Assembly (NCBI GenBank): GCA_963727775.1
Contig: CAVSHB010000002.1
Location: 64,001-128,000 of the forward strand
From: an uncultured Nitrospiraceae bacterium
GTDB lineage: Bacteria; Nitrospirota; Thermodesulfovibrionia; Thermodesulfovibrionales; SM23-35
Direction: 5' to 3'
Length of the DNA stretch: 64,000 nucleotides
Position numbers and translations under genes: made by a program. Positions 40,120-49,498 of the stretch are shown in pieces; the stretch's first letter is position 1; each line of letters opens with the position of its first letter. Under the pieces are notes generated by a model. It had not been told where the DNA came from and did no database searches. It saw nothing but the letters and a program-made list of their open reading frames with translations.

Positions 40120-40376
40120 GTTTGTCTCCTTCTTAAACTAATAGTTAAAATCGAGCAATGACAGTCCTATTGATTACTGGTTTAAATATATATCTTTTTT
40201 GAAGGACTGTAAACTGTTTAGAATAGGAAGAACCCAATAAGTGTCCAGCACCCCTGAGAAATATGTTGGTTGGAATAAAGAAAAAAATATCTTGTCGTGT
40301 AGAATCTAAATTTACACGCTGTTTATGGATAATTCTATTCTCTGAGAATGTTCTTAAATGCTTTTACAGTTTACAA

Positions 40377-40475
40377 CTATTTCTTCTTGTGAGATGCACA
40401 GAATTTCGATTTCCCAGCTGCGGAATTCTTACATTGTTTTCCTTCTTTGGTTTTTGCAGCACATTTTGCTTTCAT
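40377..40475 (-). CDS. 32-aa Cys3His zinc-finger microprotein (DUF5763-like)
   Basis: MKAKCAAKTKEGKQCKNSAAGKSKFCASHKKK; GAGGAGGT RBS 7 nt before the ATG; below the ORF-track size cutoff. Confidence 0.75.
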   Translation of the reverse strand: MKAKCAAKTKEGKQCKNSAAGKSKFCASHKKK

Positions 40476-40697
40476 TGCTGTTACCTCCTCATTTTAGTTT
40501 AGATAGATTGTATCACATTAAAAAATAGATTAAAAATATTTATTTCAGGGGGAGAGATAAAATATCTAACCATCCCAAAAGAATTATGGACAGGCTGATG
40601 GTATCTATGATCGGAATAACCGTTGAAATACTCTTTCACTACATGAAGTGTTACCTTTATAATAATTTGCATCGAGCCTGTCCCGGGAATAACAGAG

Positions 40698-40928
40698 ATG
40701 AAAAAAGCGATCCTTCTTCTGTGCTTTGAAGTTGCTATTGTATCTTCAAACGGCTGTGCTGTGGTTACCGCGCCCTATCATGTTACAAAGGATGTGGTGC
40801 AGGGAGGGGTATGGGTGGTGAAAACAACATGTGAGGTTACTGCTGGAACCACGAAAATAATATACAAGATTGGTGAATACACAGATGAATTAGCTGTATT
40901 GTGGGACCGCGAAATACCTTGCATTTGA
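40698..40928 (+). CDS. Putative lipoprotein, possibly truncated
   Basis: MKK...NGC lipobox-like start; amphipathic repeat APYHVTKDVV...VVKTT. Confidence 0.45.
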   Translation: MKKAILLLCFEVAIVSSNGCAVVTAPYHVTKDVVQGGVWVVKTTCEVTAGTTKIIYKIGEYTDELAVLWDREIPCI

Positions 40929-40958
40929 AGTTCGCCGGATTATAAAGTAAAAAATATT

Positions 40959-41264
40959 ATGGATAACCAAAGCACGGGTCCGGAATTCATTGAGGCGCAA
41001 AAGCCGCCTGTAAAAGCAGGCTGGATGTGCCTTATTGTTGCCTGGATATTTTTCCTGATACCAATACCCGGAGTCGGGATAATAGGATGGGCTCTCAATT
41101 TGGCTGCTTTTATCATTGCCATCATTGTAATGGTAAAGGGTCGAGTAGGCGCCGGTGTCGTACTGCTCGTTTGTGCCTTCGTTGTCTCTCCGCTTATTTA
41201 CTTCGTAGGCCTCGGAATACTGGGACATATGTTGTGGCACCAGCCTCGCTATTATCGGCTCTGA
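40959..41264 (+). CDS. Small membrane protein
   Basis: Three hydrophobic segments. Confidence 0.6.
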   Translation: MDNQSTGPEFIEAQKPPVKAGWMCLIVAWIFFLIPIPGVGIIGWALNLAAFIIAIIVMVKGRVGAGVVLLVCAFVVSPLIYFVGLGILGHMLWHQPRYYRL

Positions 41265-41359
41265 TTTTAGAATAAGATTCAATTGGGCAGGATTCTATTG
41301 TATATTATGTTTATGGAACTGTTTCAAACGAAAATATTTAAGGGTGGGAGGAGAAAATT

Positions 41360-42079
41360 ATGAGGAGACGGCTTATCATAGTGCTGATGGTGTCTGTATT
41401 TTTTGTTGCACCGGCAGAGTCAGCTTTCGTTGGCGACGGAACTGTGACGGACAATAACACCGGCCTCATGTGGCAGAAGCAGGATGACGGTGTTACCTAT
41501 AGCTGGTATGCAGCGATGGGTATCTATAAAGATTCATATAATCCAAGGACTCTTGATATCTGCAGCTCGCTCAAGCTCGGGGGTCACACAGATTGGCGAT
41601 TACCATCAAAAAATGAACTGCTGAGTTTAGTTATTAAAGCTTCGTCGAAAGAACCGAGTATCAATGCCGCTTATTTCCCAAATACAAGATTGTCCTACTA
41701 CTGGTCATCTACCACGGTCGACAATTCTCCGGTCTATGCGTGGTCTGTGGACTTTGGCGATGGGACAGTCAAATCATATAATAAAGGCTCCAGTGGATAT
41801 GTCCGATGCGTAAGGAATACCTCAATCGCCAAAGGTCAAGGGAAGCAATATCAAGAGGGACAACAATATCAAGAGCGTTCACCGGATAGTAGATTATATC
41901 AGGAGGAAGACCTAAAGCCTGAGGCTGAGGGTTTTGCTCCTTCTCGACCAAAGATAGTCATTGAAGATGAAAACGTAAAATTTGATACTCTTGACCCTAA
42001 CAGATATGAATGTTCCACAAACCAAGACTGCGGGAATGTTTATATGAGATGTGTAGGCCATAGATGTAAACGTTATTAA
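41360..42079 (+). CDS. Secreted DUF1566 (Lcl C-terminal) domain protein
   Basis: DGTVTDNNTGLMWQ, DWRLPSKNEL, YWSSTT, AWSVDF, YVRCVR. Confidence 0.9.
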   Translation: MRRRLIIVLMVSVFFVAPAESAFVGDGTVTDNNTGLMWQKQDDGVTYSWYAAMGIYKDSYNPRTLDICSSLKLGGHTDWRLPSKNELLSLVIKASSKEPSINAAYFPNTRLSYYWSSTTVDNSPVYAWSVDFGDGTVKSYNKGSSGYVRCVRNTSIAKGQGKQYQEGQQYQERSPDSRLYQEEDLKPEAEGFAPSRPKIVIEDENVKFDTLDPNRYECSTNQDCGNVYMRCVGHRCKRY

Positions 42080-42092
42080 ATAAATTTATTTT

Positions 42093-42767
42093 ATGTGCGG
42101 TCGTTTTGTAAGATGCTGCTCCGTCGAGGAGATAGCTGACTATTTCGACATAGAGCAACCTTCGTTTGAGTTTGAGCCAAGCTACAATGTGGCGCCTACA
42201 CAGGACATTGTTATCATCAATAACCGGGGGGTCAAGCAGTTGGTGAAATGTCACTGGGGCTTTGTTCCTCCCTGGTCCAGGGACCTTTCCGAAGGCTGTA
42301 ATATGATTAACGCCCGGTCGGAGACTGTGGCTGATAAGCCGAGCTTCAAGGCTGCGTTCAGGAAGCAGAGGTGTCTTGTGATTGCAAACGGTTTTTATGA
42401 ATGGCAGAAGGATAAAAAGACAAAGGCGCCGCTCTATGTAAGCCTTAAATCCGGCAAGCCTGTTGGTTTCGCCGGGTTGTATAATGTTTGGATTTCTCCG
42501 GATGGAGAGAAGATATGCACCTGTACGATACTGACAACGGAAGCCAACGATATTTTATCCACTATCCATGACAGGATGCCGGTAATAATATCCCGGGACA
42601 AGGAAGACATTTGGCTGAATCCCGAAGTAGATGATGTTGAGCTTCTGAAAAGTTTTCTCAGGCCATATCCATCAGAGGAGATGGTGGTTAACCGGGTCTC
42701 TGATAAGGTAAACTCTCCGAGGTATAACTCTCCTGATAATATAAAGCCTATAGGATCAGGGGGATGA
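42093..42767 (+). CDS. SOS response-associated peptidase (SRAP/YedK/HMCES family)
   Basis: MCGRF, YNVAPTQ, INARSET, GFYEW, HDRMPV. Confidence 0.95.
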   Translation: MCGRFVRCCSVEEIADYFDIEQPSFEFEPSYNVAPTQDIVIINNRGVKQLVKCHWGFVPPWSRDLSEGCNMINARSETVADKPSFKAAFRKQRCLVIANGFYEWQKDKKTKAPLYVSLKSGKPVGFAGLYNVWISPDGEKICTCTILTTEANDILSTIHDRMPVIISRDKEDIWLNPEVDDVELLKSFLRPYPSEEMVVNRVSDKVNSPRYNSPDNIKPIGSGG

Positions 42768-42885
42768 GAGATATCTGCATCTTTCTCTCATGTCTGCAAA
42801 GCGAGATTAAACCCAATGGATCAATTCATCCTGGTGGTTAAAGCTATAGAATATATTTGCTTCTATCAACATAAGTTTTTAGCGG

Positions 42886-44055
42886 TTACTGTCTCTCAGG
42901 GATTGTAAAGTAAAACGTCGATCCCTTGGCGGTCTCCGACTCCAACCAAATTCGTCCACCATGTCGTTCTACAATTTTCTTGCAGATTGATAAACCAATG
43001 CCCGTTCCCGGATAGTCAGTACTGCCATGGAGACGCTGAAACATTACAAATAATTTTTCAAAGTTTTTCGGATCTATTCCAATACCATTATCGCGAATTG
43101 AGAAGAGCCACTCATTTCCTTTTTGTTCAGCAGAGATTCGAACTCTTGGCGCCTTGTTGCTGCGAAATTTGATGGCATTATCAATTAAGTTCTGAAACAG
43201 ACTAATCATTTGCTGGGGATCGGACATGATTGTCGGCAGTTTGTTATATGTCACTATAGCGTTGCTCTCATCAATTGCTGTATCCAAGTTACTTATTGCC
43301 TCTTCCACAATAAACGAACAATCGGTCGGCTTGATATTTTTTGCTTTAGTTTCAATCTGGGAATATTCCAGCAAGTCTTTAATAAGCATCTGCAGTCTCT
43401 GAACAGCTTCAACTATATATGAAATAAATTCGTCAGCTTTTGCGTCGAGTTTGCCTTTGTAACGTCTTGCCAGCAGCTTTGCGAAGCTCTCAATTGATTG
43501 TAGCGGCTTCTTCAGATCATGTGAAGCTATATAAGCAAAATCTTTTAGTTCAGCATTGGATAGTGCCAATTCTTCTGATAATCGTTTTAATTCCTCTTCA
43601 GTCTTTTTAATTTCAGTGATATCTATAATCATGGCTTGCTTGGACAATGTTCCATCTGTATGATATATCGGTGTATTCACTATATAATACCAATGGTTGT
43701 CTTTAGGACTCTGTATTTCCCACCGCACAGTTTCACCTTTGAATACACGCTCGTTGACACACCATGGACAGACAGAATCGAGAGCATGTAGTGCCTTATA
43801 ACATAATTCTCCAGTTGCGTCATAGCCTGTACGCTCAATACATTGTCTGTTCATAAACTTGATGAGGTAATCCTGTGAACAGATATATATGAGTCCATCG
43901 AAAGCTTCTACAATAGCACGGTATCGCTCTTCGCTCTCCTTTAATGCTTTCTCAATCAGCTCGTGCTCTGCTTCTTTTTGTTCCAGTTTTGCAATATGTA
44001 GGAGCACTTCGGATTCATTTGTTTCTTGTCCTGTTATTTCTTCTTTATTCTTCAT
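42886..44055 (-). CDS. PAS sensor histidine kinase
   Basis: PAS domain, FAYIASHDL, NLIDNAIKF, DNGIG, GTGIGL. Confidence 0.92.
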   Translation of the reverse strand: MKNKEEITGQETNESEVLLHIAKLEQKEAEHELIEKALKESEERYRAIVEAFDGLIYICSQDYLIKFMNRQCIERTGYDATGELCYKALHALDSVCPWCVNERVFKGETVRWEIQSPKDNHWYYIVNTPIYHTDGTLSKQAMIIDITEIKKTEEELKRLSEELALSNAELKDFAYIASHDLKKPLQSIESFAKLLARRYKGKLDAKADEFISYIVEAVQRLQMLIKDLLEYSQIETKAKNIKPTDCSFIVEEAISNLDTAIDESNAIVTYNKLPTIMSDPQQMISLFQNLIDNAIKFRSNKAPRVRISAEQKGNEWLFSIRDNGIGIDPKNFEKLFVMFQRLHGSTDYPGTGIGLSICKKIVERHGGRIWLESETAKGSTFYFTIPERQ

Positions 44056-44576
44056 ATTTGATTCCTACTTAATTTTCATCTCTGTAAAGAATGCCATTTA
44101 ATCCTGTAAATATTAAAAATGACAGGCATTCTTTGGTAGGGAGAACCAACCTGTGTAATGGGGGATTTTATATGGAAGTAGATAGTGTTACTTCATTTGC
44201 AATATTATAATTTTATTGAGGTTGTCTCTTTCATCAAGAGAGAATTCCAATACCTCCCTGTAGCGTCTCCAAATAACTTTTATCAAAATTTACTTAACTT
44301 GTCAAGTTCAGTTCAATCAACTCAGTTCAGTCAGCAGAATAGTAAAAATCCGCAGGTTGTCTAATAAGACTTGTACTGTTTGCACAGGCTTGAGTCGTTG
44401 ATTGTATATCAAAACCGGGACACATCCCATATTTCAATGAAAGGATATAAAGAAATTGTGACAGGAGGGGCGAGGCTCAAAGAGGCTTTAAAGTTAGGGA
44501 AGGTTTTTATATCTCCTTCTTCCCTTATTTTTTTGCTTCATGTATACTGACAATAAATAATATAGGAGGGGACTGT

Positions 44577-44852
44577 ATGACAAAAGTAGAATTGATCGAA
44601 AGAATCTCAAAGGAAGTTTCACTCTCAAAGGCTGACGCAGGCAGGGCACTCAATACGATAATCGATAATATTACGAACGCTCTGAAAAAGGGACAGAAAC
44701 TCACACTGGTTGGCTTCGGAACTTTCTCCGTCAGCAAAAGAAAAGCACGGACAGGGCGTAATCCTCAGACAGGGGCAGCTATAAAGATTGCAGCAAGGAA
44801 AGTGCCGAAGTTCTCAGCCGGCAAGGCTTTTAAGGATGCGGTGAAAAAATAG
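44577..44852 (+). CDS. hup: DNA-binding protein HU
   Basis: LVGFGTF, GRNPQTG, PKFSAGK. Confidence 0.92.
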   Translation: MTKVELIERISKEVSLSKADAGRALNTIIDNITNALKKGQKLTLVGFGTFSVSKRKARTGRNPQTGAAIKIAARKVPKFSAGKAFKDAVKK

Positions 44853-44970
44853 GCATTCTATCTATCTCTGACCTTAATACTTTTCAATAAACTATGAAGT
44901 GGGATTTTACGCCTGAAGGTGTCAGAAATAGGAAGGCTGATTATACCGGTAACAAATTGTTACCGCCGAA

Positions 44971-45180
44971 TTAGTTCCGTTTTAAGGGGATGACCTTCTT
45001 TCTACTTTTTCTACTTTTGGAAGCATCTTTTATATTGTCATAAACCGTGCAGCCATTTTTCTTCTCACAGGCATAACAATCCCCTTCGCAGCCGTCATCA
45101 ACGTAACTGAACCCCAACTCGGAAAATATCTTACTGAACTGTTCAGGGTCATGCACATATTCATTAAATTTCTCAACCAT
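44971..45180 (-). CDS. Small Cys-rich hypothetical protein (possibly the 3' part of a frameshifted gene)
   Basis: CEGDCYACEKKNGC; an upstream RBS-led frame ends next to this frame. Confidence 0.5.
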   Translation of the reverse strand: MVEKFNEYVHDPEQFSKIFSELGFSYVDDGCEGDCYACEKKNGCTVYDNIKDASKSRKSRKKVIPLKRN

Positions 45181-45308
45181 TTCTTCAAAACTTAGCTTTA
45201 TTTTCTGGAGGTTTTATCGGAATGATTTTTCTTTTCCCTTTGAAGGGATCAGGCTTTTTAGGTTTCAAGACACCATCTCCATAAAAAAGCATGATAAGGT
45301 TTTCTTCA

Positions 45309-45908
45309 TCATTTATTCAAATCCTTTCTCTTATCTCTAATGTATTTTAATATTAGGTAAGCGGCAAAGAAACTGATAAATAGAAAAACAGCCACATATT
45401 CGATCTTCCTTTTATCTATGCCTATGTCTTTCAGACTGTCCCCACCTACATATCCTATCGAAACCATTACGGCAATCGTAAAGATAACGGTGAAAGCATC
45501 TGTCAATAGAAATTTCAATGGGTGCATTCTCATAATTCCAGATACGAGAAAGATTTGTGCCCTTAGACCAAGAATATGCCTCCCAAACAATATTAAGAAG
45601 ATTCCTTTCTTCTTGTATTTTTCTTCAAGCATTACAAGCCTTTCTGGGGATAATAACTTTTGAAACCACTTGTGGCAAACAACCATGCGACCATATTTTC
45701 TACCAAAAAGATAAAGGATGAAATCTGCTATCAAAACCGCTGTGTATACAGTGAGCAGGGCAGGCATCGGTTTTACTAAATCTTCGTGAATCAATAATCC
45801 ACATAGAATGAACGTGGCATCTTCAGGGAAGAAGGGTACTCCTATGCCCCCGAGGATAAGCAGTGCAAATAGCCCAATGTATGGGTGATTCTCTATTATC
45901 CCTGTCAT
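45309..45908 (-). CDS. DedA/VTT family membrane protein
   Basis: GVPFFPEDA, D..LY.FGR, FGRHILGLR. Confidence 0.88.
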   Translation of the reverse strand: MTGIIENHPYIGLFALLILGGIGVPFFPEDATFILCGLLIHEDLVKPMPALLTVYTAVLIADFILYLFGRKYGRMVVCHKWFQKLLSPERLVMLEEKYKKKGIFLILFGRHILGLRAQIFLVSGIMRMHPLKFLLTDAFTVIFTIAVMVSIGYVGGDSLKDIGIDKRKIEYVAVFLFISFFAAYLILKYIRDKRKDLNK

Positions 45909-46128
45909 GCTATTCCGCCTTCTTTACGGTATTTTTGCCAACTCTTTCAATTTCACGGCATTTTTCATGGCAGAACCACCATGACAGTTATTAAACATTA
46001 CATATGCGACCTTTGCCCTCTAAGGTTTATTTAATCTTGCAGTCTATTTGCAACCAGTTATCCCAGAAAGTATAATCTATCGTGGCTTCCATCCCATCAA
46101 ATTCATGTGCGCTGCTTGTTTATCAGTT

Positions 46129-46713
46129 CTAAAATTTATATTTAATGCCGAATTCAATTTCATTAAAAGTTGCACCGTCAAAATTATCCTCCGTTACTCT
46201 TAACAGAGACTGCATAGGAATCAACTCAGCATTTTCAGCCTTATCTCTGTAAAAATATAAAGTAATCACAAATAACCCTGCAACTGAATTGAGTACATTT
46301 ATCAGATTGGCTTGATAGAAGTCTGTATCTCTATGGTGTTTAACTTCATCACAAGCGGTCCACCAAACAGGCACTCCGTTGCTCTCATTCCACTTTTCCC
46401 ATGGCGTTAGATTTAAGCCAAATCTTGGTATGGTCACTTTGAAATTAGGAAACTTTGGATATGTAGATTTTATTTCATTTCGATATTGATTTATCCTGTC
46501 AGCACTTGAATTGATATCTATTTTTCGACAAAGTTGTTTTGCAATCACATCGACCTCAGATGAAGCCGCAAGTAAAATCCTTGCCATTTCAAGTGAGTAA
46601 CATTCAAAGTTTGAATCACAAAATTCGACATATCTCGATAAAGTCTCTAAATCCTTTTCGAGAGATAGAAAAAAATTCCAGTGAATTAATGAATCAAATG
46701 TCCGAATTACCAT
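46129..46713 (-). CDS. Hypothetical AT-rich helical protein, possibly HEPN-like (start uncertain, 46713-46794)
   Basis: FLSLEKDL..LSRYVEF, SEVDV, P.WW...VKHHR motif. Confidence 0.65.
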   Translation of the reverse strand: MVIRTFDSLIHWNFFLSLEKDLETLSRYVEFCDSNFECYSLEMARILLAASSEVDVIAKQLCRKIDINSSADRINQYRNEIKSTYPKFPNFKVTIPRFGLNLTPWEKWNESNGVPVWWTACDEVKHHRDTDFYQANLINVLNSVAGLFVITLYFYRDKAENAELIPMQSLLRVTEDNFDGATFNEIEFGIKYKF

Positions 46714-46996
46714 AATTTTTTTACTGCTAACAAAGTAACTATAGAGTTTCTGATTATCTTCACAAATTCTATCATACCCAATCGGGTTTTTCACAGATTT
46801 CGTATTTTCTAACTGGATATCATGCGTCCCTAAAATTTAAGCCGTCGTTTGAAATGTCGATTTCCGGCAGAAGTTATGCAATTTGGAAGACTCTTGCTTG
46901 AAAAAAAACCGAAAGGATTCTCAAACCATATTGGGAGCTGAATCTGCGAGAGAGATGCTGTTATCTCAAAATATCGTAAGACTTAAGGACAGCTAT

Positions 46997-47365
46997 TTAC
47001 GTGTATTGTATGGCAACTTCATAAACAATATCCGAGTGGCTGGTGGAGGAATCTGTTCCTGTACAACTAAGTTCTCCTTTTACCTCTGCTTTGTGGTTTC
47101 TGACCATCGCGGTTATAACCTGGGTCAGATCAAACCCACCATCAACACAGTTTTGTCTTAAGCAGTTAACTATAAAGAAAGCATCGCTGTTAGGAGTGAA
47201 ATGAAAGGTCCGGAGTATCGATCTTGACCCGGTCTGGCTATATGTCATATTCATGACAATGTTTGCAACTTCAGGGAAGTTTGTAGCTACGGAGCCTGCT
47301 TCGAGTCTCTGCTGTATAATCTCCTGCTTCTTCTCCATCATTGCTGCACGCTTATTGTTAATCAT
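46997..47365 (-). CDS. Conserved hypothetical protein downstream of csp
   Basis: RBS; CxxxxC..GGFDL...C motif. Confidence 0.7.
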   Translation of the reverse strand: MINNKRAAMMEKKQEIIQQRLEAGSVATNFPEVANIVMNMTYSQTGSRSILRTFHFTPNSDAFFIVNCLRQNCVDGGFDLTQVITAMVRNHKAEVKGELSCTGTDSSTSHSDIVYEVAIQYT

Positions 47366-47431
47366 GTTCCTCTCATTCTTCTCAAAGGAGAAGGCTCCCT
47401 CAAGCAGAGGGAGCTTTAACCAATCGATTAA

Positions 47432-47632
47432 TTATAGTTTGACTACATTGATCGCTTTGGGACCTTTCGGGCCTTGTTCAGTATCAAAGCTGACATTGTC
47501 ACCTTCGGCAAGGCTTTTAAAGCCACTGCCCTGGATGGACGTATGGTGTACAAAAACATCTCTGTTGTCTTCAGCGGTAATGAAGCCAAAACCTTTGCTG
47601 TCATTGAACCACTTCACTGTTCCTGTTGTCAT
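47432..47632 (-). CDS. Cold-shock protein (CspA family)
   Basis: GTVKWFN, KGFGFI, DVFVH. Confidence 0.96.
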   Translation of the reverse strand: MTTGTVKWFNDSKGFGFITAEDNRDVFVHHTSIQGSGFKSLAEGDNVSFDTEQGPKGPKAINVVKL

Positions 47633-47749
47633 TTTGTTTACCTCCTTATAAAAACTAAAATCTCAGAAGAACTCAATAAAAAAGGCCACAAAGCTAAAAG
47701 TCTTTGGGGCCTATTTTGTAAACGCAAAAACCTCTAAAATTCTATTCAT

Positions 47750-47779
47750 AGTATATTACTTCTTTAAGCAGTTAGTCAA
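47750..47779 (-). promoter_or_regulatory. sigma70-type promoter of csp
   Basis: TTGACT-N18-TATACT, giving a ~110-nt leader. Confidence 0.55.
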
Positions 47780-47798
47780 GGTAATTCTGGGCAGGGGG

Positions 47799-47855
47799 AG
47801 TCTCAGTGATTACGGGGAAGATGTTAATTGGGGAGGTTGGGTTGCTTGAGGGAAT
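47799..47855. repeat. Repeat B copy 1 (conserved non-coding motif)
   Basis: Core GGGGAA(G/C)ATGTTAATTGGGGAGGTTGGG shared with 60151-60208. Confidence 0.8.
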
Positions 47856-47942
47856 CAAGAAACGATAGGGTTAGCTCCCTGCAACATCTTCTTCAAAACC
47901 TCAATGGGACGCTGGTACCTTATTGCTACCTTGATAGTCCTG

Positions 47943-48341
47943 TTAATCTGCCGATGATTTTCTTTTTCTCTTTGAAACCCGTCCTTGAGGTTCTACTCCA
48001 AATCTGAGATCATTTATCCTAACCGCCTCAACAATATCAGAAGCTACTGTTTCAAAAGCCTCTGTTGCTTCAGGCAAGTAAAGCCATTTTTTCAGGACAG
48101 AGTGTTGAACTACATCGGGAAAGTCTTCCATGATATCTTGATGGAACTGATAGTCAGTCGGGATCATTAAACCATACCAGGGTTCTTCTCCTGATGCAAG
48201 AACAAGCATAAGCCTCCCATGAAGATAAACCGCAAGACATCCAAACATGGGTTTTTCCAAATAACTCGATTCTTCCATTAAGGGTTCAACAACCCAAAGG
48301 AGGGGATGTTGTTTCTTTTTCTTTTTTCTCGAGGAAGGCAT
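47943..48341 (-). CDS. Hypothetical protein, TfoX-N-like
   Basis: KPMFGCLAVYLHG resembles the TfoX N-terminal motif; HSVLKKWLYL. Confidence 0.65.
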   Translation of the reverse strand: MPSSRKKKKKQHPLLWVVEPLMEESSYLEKPMFGCLAVYLHGRLMLVLASGEEPWYGLMIPTDYQFHQDIMEDFPDVVQHSVLKKWLYLPEATEAFETVASDIVEAVRINDLRFGVEPQGRVSKRKRKSSAD

Positions 48342-48432
48342 ATTTGAAATTAACTAATCTTGACAGGAAGATGCAAGGTCATATGGATTGCTCAAACATT
48401 AGGTCAAGTCTTTCTTTCACGCAGAAATTCTT

Positions 48433-48606
48433 AGGAGGGTCGGCAGCCAGTCTTTTTGGGGGGGACTGGCTGCCGATAAAGGGATCTTCTTTTTTTGAAT
48501 AGCATAATGAATGCCAAGAAAGAAGTTGTTGTTTTTCTTAATTTTTTGGTGTTCAACTATAAAATGATGCAGGGCAAATTGTCTTAAGGTGAGTCATTTT
48601 GCCTAT
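48433..48606 (-). repeat. Repeat A copy 1: UAS-like palindromes, sigma54 promoter and hairpin (candidate sRNA or leader)
   Basis: ~170-bp homology with 60950-61119; TGGCATTCATTATGCT at 48516-48501; perfect 13-bp stem 48440-48476. Confidence 0.85.
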
Positions 48607-48705
48607 ATTAATCTTGTGATGTTAAATTAGTACTAATATATACCAGAAAAGGGCATTGAGGAAGACAGGAGAAATAACCTCTAACATCAATACAAGGGAG
48701 ATATA

Positions 48706-49368
48706 ATGATGAAAGTTATTGCATTTAATGGAAGTCCAAGGAAAAAATGGAACACGGCAACATTGCTTGAAAAGGCACTTGAAGGAGCTGCCTCACTGGG
48801 AGCAGAAACAGAACTCATTCATCTGTATGATCTAAACTATAAAGGATGCATAAGCTGTTTTGCCTGTAAGACCAAAGGCGGCAATAGTTATGGCAAGTGT
48901 GTGGTCGATGATGACCTGACACCAGTATTTAGGAAAATTGAAAAAGCCGATGCCATCATCTTGGGTTCCCCGATCTATTTTGGAAATGTTTCTGGAGAGA
49001 TGAGATCATTTATGGAGCGTTTACTGTTTCCGAATCTGACATATACCGACCCTCCGCAGTCGCTTTTTCCCAGAAAGATTAAGGCGGGGTTCATTTATAC
49101 GATGAATACCCCAGAGGAGCAGATGCAAGAACGTGGCTACGTTCAACTCTTCAAACTTCATGAAATGTTACTACGTATGATATTCGGGGCTTCAGAGCAT
49201 ATGTGCAGCTTTGATACTTATCAGTTTGATGATTATTCAAAGATGGTTTCAGACCGCTTTGATCCCAAGAAGAAAGCACAGAGCCGCAAGGAAATATTTC
49301 CAAAGGATTGCGAAAAAGCCTTTGGAATGGGGGCCAGATTTGCCAAATTAGGTTCTGAGGACTTTTGA
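48706..49368 (+). CDS. Iron-sulfur flavoprotein / flavodoxin-family FMN reductase
   Basis: NGSPRK..NT, CISCFACK...C, GSPIYFG. Confidence 0.9.
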   Translation: MMKVIAFNGSPRKKWNTATLLEKALEGAASLGAETELIHLYDLNYKGCISCFACKTKGGNSYGKCVVDDDLTPVFRKIEKADAIILGSPIYFGNVSGEMRSFMERLLFPNLTYTDPPQSLFPRKIKAGFIYTMNTPEEQMQERGYVQLFKLHEMLLRMIFGASEHMCSFDTYQFDDYSKMVSDRFDPKKKAQSRKEIFPKDCEKAFGMGARFAKLGSEDF

Positions 49369-49498
49369 GGCAGTTTAGGATAGGGCTTTGATCAGATATT
49401 CTATAGGTAAGTACTTTTCGTGAAGTTTGATATTAAAGGACATCTTTTGTCAAGATTCTTCAGGGTGTTATATAGTTCTCATAATTATTTTGACACTT

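Noticed and set aside
41360..42079. Diversity-generating retroelement (DUF1566 target plus an Avd-like four-helix bundle at 24.7 kb)
   Set aside because: No reverse transcriptase and no template repeat in the window; the two genes are 16 kb apart.
44086..44132. Inverted repeat AAAGAATGCC...GGCATTCTTT upstream of the PAS kinase as a riboswitch
   Set aside because: No recognisable aptamer consensus; a single stem is not enough support.
47821..47868. Small peptide MLIGEVG... encoded by repeat B
   Set aside because: The two copies differ by a 1-nt indel after the core, so the reading frames diverge; conservation is at nucleotide level.
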